The position numbers were made by a program, and so were the translations under genes. From IMG/VR virus record IMGVR_UViG_3300025529_000036, positions 1 through 24,248 of that record: DNA of 24,248 nucleotides; one strand, 5' to 3'. Source of the stretch: a virus. Its lineage: Duplodnaviria; Caudoviricetes. Positions 8,024-14,695 of this stretch are shown in pieces (positions within the stretch are counted from its first letter, which is position 1; every line of letters begins with the position of its first letter). Under the pieces are notes generated by a model, which worked only from the letters and a program-made list of their open reading frames with translations, was not told where the DNA came from and ran no database searches.

Positions 8024-8355
8024 GGAATGACAGGGGCATGGAGACGAAACTTTGTGTGAACTGCAAACATTATGAATGGAGAGGGCATGGCCTTTTGGTC
8101 GCTTTTGATCCGCATCGCTGCCGCCATCCGAAGACATTCGATCCTGTTACTGGCGCGAGCAAGGATGCCCAAGAGGAACGGCGGCATGGAAAGTGCGGGC
8201 CGCTAGGCGTGAATTTCGAGCCTGCTTTGCAGAAGCCTGAATTGTCGCGTCTGGGGAGGCTCCGTTTTCTGTTTTGGGAAATCATCCTGATAGCGTCTGG
8301 GTTCGCCGCAGTGCTTACCCTTATGGCGCTAGCCCTGTATTCCACCTTCTCATGA
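8020..8355 (+). CDS. Hypothetical Cys-containing protein with a C-terminal TM helix
   Basis: ATGA overlaps at both ends; CVNC motif; hydrophobic C-terminus. Confidence 0.65.
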   Translation: MRNDRGMETKLCVNCKHYEWRGHGLLVAFDPHRCRHPKTFDPVTGASKDAQEERRHGKCGPLGVNFEPALQKPELSRLGRLRFLFWEIILIASGFAAVLTLMALALYSTFS

Positions 8356-8666
8356 GCAATTACCGCAACCGCAAACTGCTCGACCTGGCGCACCGGGTCC
8401 ATGAATGCCAAGTGCAGATTGATGGCGTGTGCATCGGCTACTCGCCGCACGGCTGCGAGCCGGCGCACGCCAACTGGAGCGAATACGGAAAGAGCATGGG
8501 CCGCAAAGCGGATGACGTGTATCACGCCGCCGCCTGCCATGCCTGCCACGCCGAACTGGACCAGGGCAAGAAGCTAAGCCGCGAGGAGCGCCTGGACTAC
8601 TGGCGGCGCGGCTTTGAGCGCACCATGCGCTACTACTTCCGCCAGGGATGGCTTCGCATCGCATAG
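8352..8666 (+). CDS. DUF1364/YbcO-like Zn-binding nuclease-domain protein
   Basis: CQVQIDGVC...AHANW...MGRKADD...ACHACHAELD. Confidence 0.8.
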   Translation: MSNYRNRKLLDLAHRVHECQVQIDGVCIGYSPHGCEPAHANWSEYGKSMGRKADDVYHAAACHACHAELDQGKKLSREERLDYWRRGFERTMRYYFRQGWLRIA

Positions 8667-8675
8667 CACCACACC

Positions 8676-8888
8676 ATGCACGATATCGACACAAACAGCG
8701 AGGAGTGGAGGCACCAGTGCGAGGTCCGCGCCGTGCTGCGCTTGCGCGTCCGGAGCCAAGCCGGCGCCTACGACTACTTGGAAAAGGTCAAGGAGAAACG
8801 TGGCCTCAACGCTTACAACCGACTCAAGAACGACTGCGCCGCCCAATGGGCGAAAGGCAACCGGGGCGAGCATGGCGACTGGCGTTAG
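8676..8888 (+). CDS. Hypothetical phage protein, 70 aa
   Basis: SEEWRHQCEVR...QWAKGNRGEHGDW; fills the gap in the operon. Confidence 0.7.
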   Translation: MHDIDTNSEEWRHQCEVRAVLRLRVRSQAGAYDYLEKVKEKRGLNAYNRLKNDCAAQWAKGNRGEHGDWR

Positions 8889-9294
8889 CCTCACGCTGCC
8901 ATGGCCGCCGAGCGTCAATCACTATTGGCGACACCCCACCAAAGGCAAACTTGCTGGCCGGCATCTCATCAGCGAGAAAGGCCGCGCCTACCGGAAAGCC
9001 GTTGCCGAGGCCGTATTGCTGCAGGCCCGTGGCATCCATTTGGATGGCCGCCTGGCGCTGACCATCATCGTCCAGCCGCCGGATCGGCGCCGCCGTGACT
9101 TGGACAATGTGCTCAAGGGAGTCTTCGATGCCCTGCAGCACTCTGGCCTGATCGCCGATGACGGCAATATCGACCTCCTGGCCATTGTCAGAGCCAATCC
9201 GATACAAGGCGGGCGGCTGGTCGTACACCTGTCTGATGCCGACTTAGCGCGCTTTCAGTGGTTCGATTTGCTAACCATCGGTTCTGGGCTATAA
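8872..9294 (+). CDS. rusA: RusA Holliday junction resolvase
   Basis: LPWPPSVNHYWR, PPDRRRRDLDNVLKGVFDAL and ADD motifs. Confidence 0.93.
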   Translation: MATGVSLTLPWPPSVNHYWRHPTKGKLAGRHLISEKGRAYRKAVAEAVLLQARGIHLDGRLALTIIVQPPDRRRRDLDNVLKGVFDALQHSGLIADDGNIDLLAIVRANPIQGGRLVVHLSDADLARFQWFDLLTIGSGL

Positions 9295-9295
9295 T
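9268..9295 (+). promoter_or_regulatory. Sigma70-type promoter in the 3' end of rusA
   Basis: TTGCTA-N16-TATAAT. Confidence 0.6.
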
Positions 9296-9300
9296 CGAAT

Positions 9301-9476
9301 CAGCAGGAATGCCAAACTGCGCCGCTTCGCACTGATTGGCGGGCACGCAAGCAGCACACTCCTGGGCCTTGCGAACGGAGCAGGACGGCGCAGGGACGAA
9401 CGGCGCCAGGATGGCGCCAACTTGCCAAGGCAGGCATCCGGGCACCGCTGAACAGCAATAAGGCGGGTGTTTGTCA
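9301..9476 (+). ncRNA. Candidate structured sRNA or leader with GGA motifs
   Basis: Gap with no convincing ORF directly after the promoter; several hairpins; five GGA motifs, one in a perfect GGCGCCA-GGA-TGGCGCC stem-loop. Confidence 0.3.
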
Positions 9477-9560
9477 ACGCAAATGCTCATCGGGAGGGGC
9501 GGCTGACGCCGTAAGGCCCAGCACCTCGAATTTGCGCGGGGTTGCAAAGCCCCTCTCCCG

Positions 9561-9713
9561 ATGGGCGGGGTGATAAAGTTGAACGATAATGCCTTTGCTC
9601 TTCTTCTCGGTGACTGCCGAGAAACCCTTAAAACCATTCCCGACTTCGGTCTGCGCGACTACGGCGATTGCCGCCAGCTGAACATGCTGGAGCTCCTGGA
9701 GGGCTGCGCATGA
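9561..9713 (+). pseudogene. Internally deleted DNA methyltransferase remnant (in-frame mini-ORF)
   Basis: Reads ...FALLLGDCRETLKTIPD-FGLRDYG-DCRQLNMLELLEGCA*. These are the flanks of the beta-class MTase catalytic motif with SPPY missing. Confidence 0.7.
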
Positions 9714-10414
9714 GCTGGGCAGCGACCGCTTGGGCTTCAAAGGTCAAGACCGGGTCACCGGCAATCAAGCTGGTTCTCCTGACCCTTGCAAACTTCGCTG
9801 ATGATGAGGGTTATTGCTTCCCATCGCAAAAGACCCTGGCTGAGATCACGGAATGCGGCGAGCGCTCCATTCGCCGCTACCTCGACCAGCTTGAAAGCAT
9901 GGGGATTATCAGACGCGTTCGTCGTCATCGTGAAGATGGTGCGCGCACGTCAGACGGGGTGTACCTGTGCATGGGTAACCTACCGGCCAAATTGACCACT
10001 GGCCAATCTGACCACCGGCCAAATGACGCTGAGCCTAGCGGCCAAGCTTTGGCCGCGCATGAACCATCAGAGGAATATCCAGAAAGAAGTAATAATAGAA
10101 AAGCAAAGGTTGCGAAGCCGACGTTCAACCCTAGCACTGGTGAGATTGAAAACATCCCCGATGAGGTGATCGCCAAGTGGGCCAAGGCTTACCCAGCCAT
10201 TGATGTCAATCAGGAGATTTCTAGGGCAGAGGCTTGGCTCCTTGCCAATCCGAAGAACAGGAAGTCCGACTACTTGCGGTTCCTGACGAACTGGCTTTCT
10301 CGCGCTCAGGACAGGGCGCCGCGAGTTGATGATTCGAAGCGCCGCGCATCCCCTCACGGTGGATACGACAAAATCGACTACAGCCGTGGCATCGATCCAG
10401 ATGGGAGGTTCTGA
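9710..10414 (+). CDS. Replication initiator (N-terminal winged HTH, lambda O-like role)
   Basis: KLVLLTLANFADDEGYCFPSQKTLAEITECGERSIRRYLDQLE; C-terminal FLTNWLSRAQDR; upstream of the helicase loader. Confidence 0.88.
   Translation: MSWAATAWASKVKTGSPAIKLVLLTLANFADDEGYCFPSQKTLAEITECGERSIRRYLDQLESMGIIRRVRRHREDGARTSDGVYLCMGNLPAKLTTGQSDHRPNDAEPSGQALAAHEPSEEYPERSNNRKAKVAKPTFNPSTGEIENIPDEVIAKWAKAYPAIDVNQEISRAEAWLLANPKNRKSDYLRFLTNWLSRAQDRAPRVDDSKRRASPHGGYDKIDYSRGIDPDGRF
9982..10108 (+). repeat. Iterons plus A-rich tract: probable replication origin
   Basis: Three ~16-bp direct repeats ACYGGCCAAwyTGAC(C) at 9982, 9998 and 10014; palindrome GCGGCCAA-gct-TTGGCCGC; A-rich run at 10081-10108. Confidence 0.7.
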
Positions 10415-11205
10415 TGGAGCAGTTGGGCAGGCTTCTTTCCAAGCTCGGCGCACAGGATGAGCGTCAGGCCGTTTGCGAAACGCACGGCGCGTACACGACG
10501 CAGCTTTTCCGCACGCCGAGCGGGGCAGAGTTCTGGACGAAATGCCCTGGGTGCGAGGAGGCGGAGCGCGAGCGCGAGAAGCTGGAGCGCGCTGCCGCTA
10601 TGGAGCGTGAGCGGCAGGAGCGCATGATTCGCAGCGCCCTGAATCAAGCGGCAATCCCCCCGCGCTTCATGGCGCGCTCGCTGGATAGCTTCGAGGCAGA
10701 CACGCCGGAAAAGGCCAACGCGCTTCGCGTCTCCCGTGAGTACGCGGAATCGTTCAAGGAGGCGCTGGAGGTCGGCCGCAGCCTGGTGTTCTGCGGCACG
10801 CCGGGGACCGGGAAAACGCATCTCGCCATCGGCATTGCCAAGCGTGTGATTGAGGCTGGCTACACGGCGGCATTCATCACGGTCATGAACGCCATCCGTC
10901 GCATCAGGGATACCTACCGCAGAGACAGCACCGAAACCGAAACGCAGGTTATCCGCTCGTTCACGGTGCCGGATCTGCTGATCCTGGATGAGGTCGGCAT
11001 GCAGCGCGGCACCGATGACGAGAAGGTCTTGTTGTTCGACATCATCAACGCTCGCTACGAGGCGATGCGGCCGCTGATCGTTATCAGCAACCTCGACCTG
11101 GCTGGCATCCGTGACTACCTGGGCGAGCGCGCGTTTGACCGGCTGCGGGAAGGGGGCGGCAGGGCCATTCAGTTCACGTGGGATAGCTACCGCAGGAGCG
11201 TATAG
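10414..11205 (+). CDS. DnaC/IstB-like AAA+ helicase loader
   Basis: Walker A GTPGTGKT, Walker B LLILDEVG, IINARY, ISN, RAFDRL; N-terminal Zn motif. Confidence 0.93.
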   Translation: MEQLGRLLSKLGAQDERQAVCETHGAYTTQLFRTPSGAEFWTKCPGCEEAEREREKLERAAAMERERQERMIRSALNQAAIPPRFMARSLDSFEADTPEKANALRVSREYAESFKEALEVGRSLVFCGTPGTGKTHLAIGIAKRVIEAGYTAAFITVMNAIRRIRDTYRRDSTETETQVIRSFTVPDLLILDEVGMQRGTDDEKVLLFDIINARYEAMRPLIVISNLDLAGIRDYLGERAFDRLREGGGRAIQFTWDSYRRSV

Positions 11206-11245
11206 CACAGCACCATGCTGTGCAGATCAGCGAGAGGGAGACAGC

Positions 11246-11548
11246 ATGAGCTTGGATCTGATTGCCGCCACCCCGGCGGCGCGTAACACGGACCCGGAAA
11301 CCAGCCATCTGGCGGCAGAGGAGAATACACGGAGCGGCCGGCGGGCGGTGCAGCAGCATGCGGTTCTAGCCGCCGTTAAGGCGCATCCAGGGCTTACAAG
11401 CCGGGAGCTGGCACAGGCGGCTGGCATGGATCGGTATGTTGCTGGCCGCAGGCTGCCTGAATTGGAGGCAGCCAAGAGGGTGCGCAAAGGCGAGGCGCGC
11501 GAGTGTCGCGTTAGCAAGCGCTTGGCCGTGACATGGTGGCCGGTATGA
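11246..11548 (+). CDS. Winged-helix phage protein
   Basis: ARNTDPETSHLAA...PGLTSRELA...RRLPELE; GAGGGAG RBS. Confidence 0.8.
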   Translation: MSLDLIAATPAARNTDPETSHLAAEENTRSGRRAVQQHAVLAAVKAHPGLTSRELAQAAGMDRYVAGRRLPELEAAKRVRKGEARECRVSKRLAVTWWPV

Positions 11549-11904
11549 CCAAGGAACTGGCCCAGCGCACCGAGCGCGACCCCAACGGCATCGACCCGCA
11601 CAAGCCGGGCGCCAAGCTAGACGCCGGCAAGGTGCGCCCCAGCCTGATCCTGAGTGACATGGCCCGCGCCATACTGGCGGTGGCCGAGGTCGGAACGTTC
11701 GGGGCGAACAAGTACACCGATGGCGGCTGGCAGTACGTGCAGGACGGTATCAAGCGGTATCGCGATGCTATGGACCGTCACCGGCTGCTGGGCGCCATTG
11801 AGGAGCGCGACCCCGATAGCGGACTGCTACATGCGGCGCACGAGGCGTGGAACGCGCTGGCGGTGCTCGAGCTGATGCTGCGGGAGCGGGAGGGCGGGCA
11901 GTGA
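11545..11904 (+). CDS. DUF5664 family (dATP/dGTP diphosphohydrolase N-terminal-like) protein
   Basis: GAKLDAGK, VAEVGTFGANKY, RYRDAMDRH and DPDSGLLHAAHEAWNALA motifs. Confidence 0.8.
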   Translation: MTKELAQRTERDPNGIDPHKPGAKLDAGKVRPSLILSDMARAILAVAEVGTFGANKYTDGGWQYVQDGIKRYRDAMDRHRLLGAIEERDPDSGLLHAAHEAWNALAVLELMLREREGGQ

Positions 11905-11954
11905 TCGAGCTCGCCCTGCCATACCCGCCCAGCGTCAACACCTACTGGCGGCAT
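11901..11954 (+). pseudogene. rusA: Truncated second rusA (first 18 codons)
   Basis: The GTG overlaps the upstream stop. VIELALPYPPSVNTYWRH aligns with VSLTLPWPPSVNHYWRH of the intact rusA, then similarity ends. Confidence 0.75.
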
Positions 11955-11980
11955 AGGCCGCGCGGCTCGTGCGCGCGGGG

Positions 11981-12187
11981 CTATTCAACCGGCGGCAGGC
12001 CGCGCTCGATAGCGGCACAGGCGAGCCCCACCGGGCCGGGGATCGCGGTTTTGCCGGTTTCCCAGTCCTGGTAGGTGCGGAGGCTGACCCGGAGCAACCG
12101 GGCCGCCCCAGACTGCGAGAGCTTGCGGCGCCGGCCGGCCGGATCGGCCAGCCGGGAACGCCAAGCTTTGAGAGCCTCAGGAGTCAT
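11981..12187 (-). CDS. Small XRE HTH regulator (Aca-like)
   Basis: MTPEALKAWR...LSQSGAARLLRVSLRTYQDWETGKTAIP; last gene of the leftward small-gene operon; GAGGAGG RBS. Confidence 0.88.
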   Translation of the reverse strand: MTPEALKAWRSRLADPAGRRRKLSQSGAARLLRVSLRTYQDWETGKTAIPGPVGLACAAIERGLPPVE

Positions 12188-12201
12188 ATCCCTCCTCGCG
12201 G

Positions 12202-12432
12202 TCAGGTCAGCGTGTAGAACACCAAGCCGCGGTGTTCATGACGGGTCGCGTAGCCCGCATCGGAGCGGCGCGCGCGCTCCAAATTCCGTTTGCTGGCGCT
12301 AACCCGGTAGGTTTTCCGGTTCACTGGGCTGCCATCGGCAGCGACGGCGCCGGCCACCTCCACCTCGCGCAGGCCTGCCGAATGAAGCAGGCCTATGATT
12401 TCGTCGTTGCGGCCGAGGATTACAGATTTCAT
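12202..12432 (-). CDS. Small hypothetical protein, 76 aa
   Basis: AGGGG RBS then MKSVILGRND... Confidence 0.65.
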   Translation of the reverse strand: MKSVILGRNDEIIGLLHSAGLREVEVAGAVAADGSPVNRKTYRVSASKRNLERARRSDAGYATRHEHRGLVFYTLT

Positions 12433-12471
12433 AGTCGTTTCCCCTGAATTGCAGTTGATTCGAACTGCCTG

Positions 12472-12503
12472 TGCGGCAGAGAAGCCGGGCACGTGGCCCC
12501 GGC
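12472..12503 (-). repeat. Intergenic cassette-boundary repeat, copy 1
   Basis: TGCGGCAGAGAAGCCGGG...GCCCCGGC; the first 18 bp are identical to 12784-12801. Confidence 0.85.
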
Positions 12504-12512
12504 TGGTCGGTG

Positions 12513-12764
12513 TTAGCCGACGTTCACAGCCCAGGGGCCGTTAGCATCGCCCACCAGAATCAGTTGCTCGCCTCGGCGGTAGACCGCGACCCGTTCGTTG
12601 CTGGTGGAGGTGACGATTAGTTCGGCGCCCAGCAGCTCGGCCAGCTCGTTGATGTCGTCGTCCTCCTCGCCCACCGCGTAGCCCGCGCCGGCATTGTTGA
12701 GGATCGTGTACGCCTCGTCGTAGCGGCCCAGGGCGACGAGTTCGCGGATGTTCTCGGTGCTCAT
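12513..12764 (-). CDS. Small acidic hypothetical protein, 83 aa
   Basis: GGAG RBS then MSTENIREL...GEEDDDINELAELL. Confidence 0.75.
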   Translation of the reverse strand: MSTENIRELVALGRYDEAYTILNNAGAGYAVGEEDDDINELAELLGAELIVTSTSNERVAVYRRGEQLILVGDANGPWAVNVG

Positions 12765-12783
12765 TGCTGTTCTCCATGCAGTT

Positions 12784-12814
12784 TGCGGCAGAGAAGCCGG
12801 GGGCAAGCCCCGGC
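12784..12814 (-). repeat. Intergenic cassette-boundary repeat, copy 2
   Basis: Same 18-mer plus the GC hairpin. Confidence 0.85.
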
Positions 12815-12823
12815 GCGTCAGGA

Positions 12824-13060
12824 TTAGAAATAGGTGGTGATGCCGTTCTTGCGCATCAGCGAGAGATGCTGGCGGTGCCACTTGCGGGCCACCGATTCCA
12901 GGGTGTCGGCGGTGGCCATCAGGGTGTTTCCGACGTAGTCGCCGCCGGCGCAGATCTGCCTGCCGTCCGTGCCAGTGCCGATGTAGACATAGCCGCCGGC
13001 GTCACGAACGAAGAAAGTGATCTTGCCGTGGTCGCGGGAGTGGATAGTGAAGGTCGCCAT
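12824..13060 (-). CDS. Small hypothetical protein, 78 aa
   Basis: GAGGAG RBS then MATFTIHSRDHG...; first gene of the leftward operon. Confidence 0.75.
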   Translation of the reverse strand: MATFTIHSRDHGKITFFVRDAGGYVYIGTGTDGRQICAGGDYVGNTLMATADTLESVARKWHRQHLSLMRKNGITTYF

Positions 13061-13111
13061 TATTGTCTCTCCTCGCTCTAGCTGCCGGCCCATCCGGCTG
13101 CCTGGGACATA

Positions 13112-13162
13112 ATATTACGCAGAAACTGCGCTGTTGCAAGGGATAACAGCGCAGAAACTGCG
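13112..13162 (-). promoter_or_regulatory. Leftward promoter with two palindromic operators
   Basis: TTGCAA-N16-TAATAT. CGCAG-aaa-CTGCG occurs at 13118-13130 (in the spacer) and 13150-13162. Confidence 0.7.
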
Positions 13163-13397
13163 GCATTTGTTTCTATCGCTACGCCCGCTTCGATAGCTGC
13201 CGCCTATCGGTGACCCCGTGCATGTCCCCGAGCGTCTCGCCCGCGCCGCTGGCACGAGCGACCGTAGTTTAAAGAGGCCATAAAACGGGGGAGCATGGCG
13301 CCGGAGTGCGGCGAGCGCGCAGAGAGGGCGGGCAGGTTCGCCGCATAGTGTGGTGTTGTGCGGCATCAATCAATGTGGCGCGAACGATAGAAACAAA

Positions 13398-13429
13398 CGA
13401 TTACACTCCGTGTACGGAGTCCGTATGAT
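13398..13429 (+). promoter_or_regulatory. Rightward promoter with a palindrome in the spacer
   Basis: TTACAC-N17-TATGAT with ACTCCGT-gt-ACGGAGT at 13405-13420; 22/29 identical to 922-950. Confidence 0.6.
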
Positions 13430-13481
13430 TGCAACCGTGAGGCGCCGGATGGGCCGGCAGCCAGAGCAGGAGGGAGAAACG

Positions 13482-13673
13482 ATGAACTACATCAACGCCA
13501 TCAAGCACGCGAACACCACCAACGAGCTCAACGCCATCGTCGATGCCTACCTGGCTGAGATTGGCGAATACGAGAACTCCTGCGGCGAGACCTACGGCGA
13601 GGCCGCCTACCGCCTCGGCGGCGACAAAATCCTGGAGGCAGCAGAGGCCCGCTGGTTCGAGATTGAGGGCTAG
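13482..13673 (+). CDS. Small acidic hypothetical protein, 63 aa
   Basis: AGGAGGGAG RBS then MNYINAIKHA... Confidence 0.78.
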   Translation: MNYINAIKHANTTNELNAIVDAYLAEIGEYENSCGETYGEAAYRLGGDKILEAAEARWFEIEG

Positions 13674-13684
13674 GGCTGATAACG

Positions 13685-13710
13685 GTGACTCTCCTCTCAT
13701 GGAGAGTCAC
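13685..13710. terminator. Intergenic hairpin (terminator or processing site)
   Basis: GTGACTCTCC-N6-GGAGAGTCAC, with no U tract. Confidence 0.4.
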
Positions 13711-13740
13711 TGATTCGCGGAATCTACACAGGAGATAGCT

Positions 13741-13818
13741 ATGGCTGGTGTGCTGGTGGCTTGCGTGATCGGTGGCTGGATCCTCTCACGCCCAATCGTT
13801 CGTTTTGTTTGCCTGTAA
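13741..13818 (+). CDS. Putative 25-aa hydrophobic peptide
   Basis: AGGAG RBS; MAGVLVACVIGGWILSRPIVRFVCL. Confidence 0.4.
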   Translation: MAGVLVACVIGGWILSRPIVRFVCL

Positions 13819-13853
13819 CTATCCACAGACACACATCAATTGAGGTGGTCATC

Positions 13854-14159
13854 ATGAATGTCGGTACTGTGATTCACGGAACCCTTCGGACTCAGGACCT
13901 TCTCCCCGTACTACTGGATGAGCTCAGGGAGCGCGACCCAGCCGCCTATGCCCAGATGGTGATGCAGCCATTCGGACTCATCCCGAGCTATGCGCTAGAG
14001 GATGAGGATTCCGAGTGGTGGGATTCAGAGGACGCGTGCTGGTTGCTCGAGGAGGTGATCGAAGCTTTAGACAACTGTGCTCCCGAAGGCTACTTCTTCG
14101 GCGCGCATCCTGGTGATGCGTCGGATTTTGGGTACTGGCCACTAGAGGAGTTCACATAA
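13854..14159 (+). CDS. Acidic hypothetical phage protein, 101 aa
   Basis: GAGGTG RBS; GTVIHGTLRTQDLLP...APEGYFFGAHPGDASDFGYW. Confidence 0.8.
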   Translation: MNVGTVIHGTLRTQDLLPVLLDELRERDPAAYAQMVMQPFGLIPSYALEDEDSEWWDSEDACWLLEEVIEALDNCAPEGYFFGAHPGDASDFGYWPLEEFT

Positions 14160-14203
14160 CAGGGAACCCTGAGGGGTTCCCTATGGGATCTGGAGGTATC
14201 GAC

Positions 14204-14557
14204 ATGAACACCACCAACGCCATGAACACTTCGCCCCTTTTCGAGGCGTCCTCACCCGCCGCGCAGCCCCTTGTGGACATCCTCAATGCCGAGCGAGAAG
14301 CTCTTGGCAATCTCCCGCCTATGCCGCGCCCGGCCCTTTTCGATAGCGCCGAAGCGCGCGCGGAGAAGCGGGCTCGCGCCGCAGAAATCCAGCGCCAGCG
14401 TGAGGCGATCAAGGCCGAGACGATCGCCAAAATTCGCGCCCTCGCGGAGCAGGGCAACATGTCAGCACGCGCGTTTCTGGGGTATGAGAGCATGAGCGAC
14501 GCCGAGAAAGAGGATCTCGCGGCCGCCAGGCGCGGGCGCTACGACGGCGGATTTTGA
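14204..14557 (+). CDS. Hypothetical coiled-coil protein (may extend to 14696 via a +1 shift)
   Basis: GGAGGT RBS; charged helical sequence; ends at TTT-TGA. Confidence 0.7.
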   Translation: MNTTNAMNTSPLFEASSPAAQPLVDILNAEREALGNLPPMPRPALFDSAEARAEKRARAAEIQRQREAIKAETIAKIRALAEQGNMSARAFLGYESMSDAEKEDLAAARRGRYDGGF

Positions 14558-14695
14558 AGGAGCTCGACATGAGGCGACCGGCGCGAGCCGCGATTCGCTC
14601 AGCGCGGACAAGGCCTCGGTCGAGGAGCTCCTCGGCCTGCTGCGCCTCAACCATACGGAAAAACAGGGCTCCGGCAGCCCATGGAGGAAACACTG

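Noticed and set aside
3769-10414. Extended upstream starts in the ORF track for recT, the repressor, rusA and the initiator
   Set aside because: The extensions overlap neighbouring genes or regulatory DNA; downstream ATGs have RBSs or coupling and match the family N-termini.
11545-11904. Z-base (2-aminoadenine) genome system
   Set aside because: No purZ or dedicated DNA polymerase in the window.
12472-12814. Mini-CRISPR or solitary-repeat RNA anti-CRISPR
   Set aside because: The copies are 312 bp apart, flank a protein gene and do not resemble a CRISPR repeat family I recognise.
13210-13345. Possible genome terminus, pac or att site in the divergent spacer
   Set aside because: No recognisable terminal repeat, att core or tRNA fragment; it cannot be supported without read data.
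13675-13725. Hammerhead ribozyme (CTGAT followed by a stem)
   Set aside because: The core reads CTGATAA and there is no GAAA after the stem.
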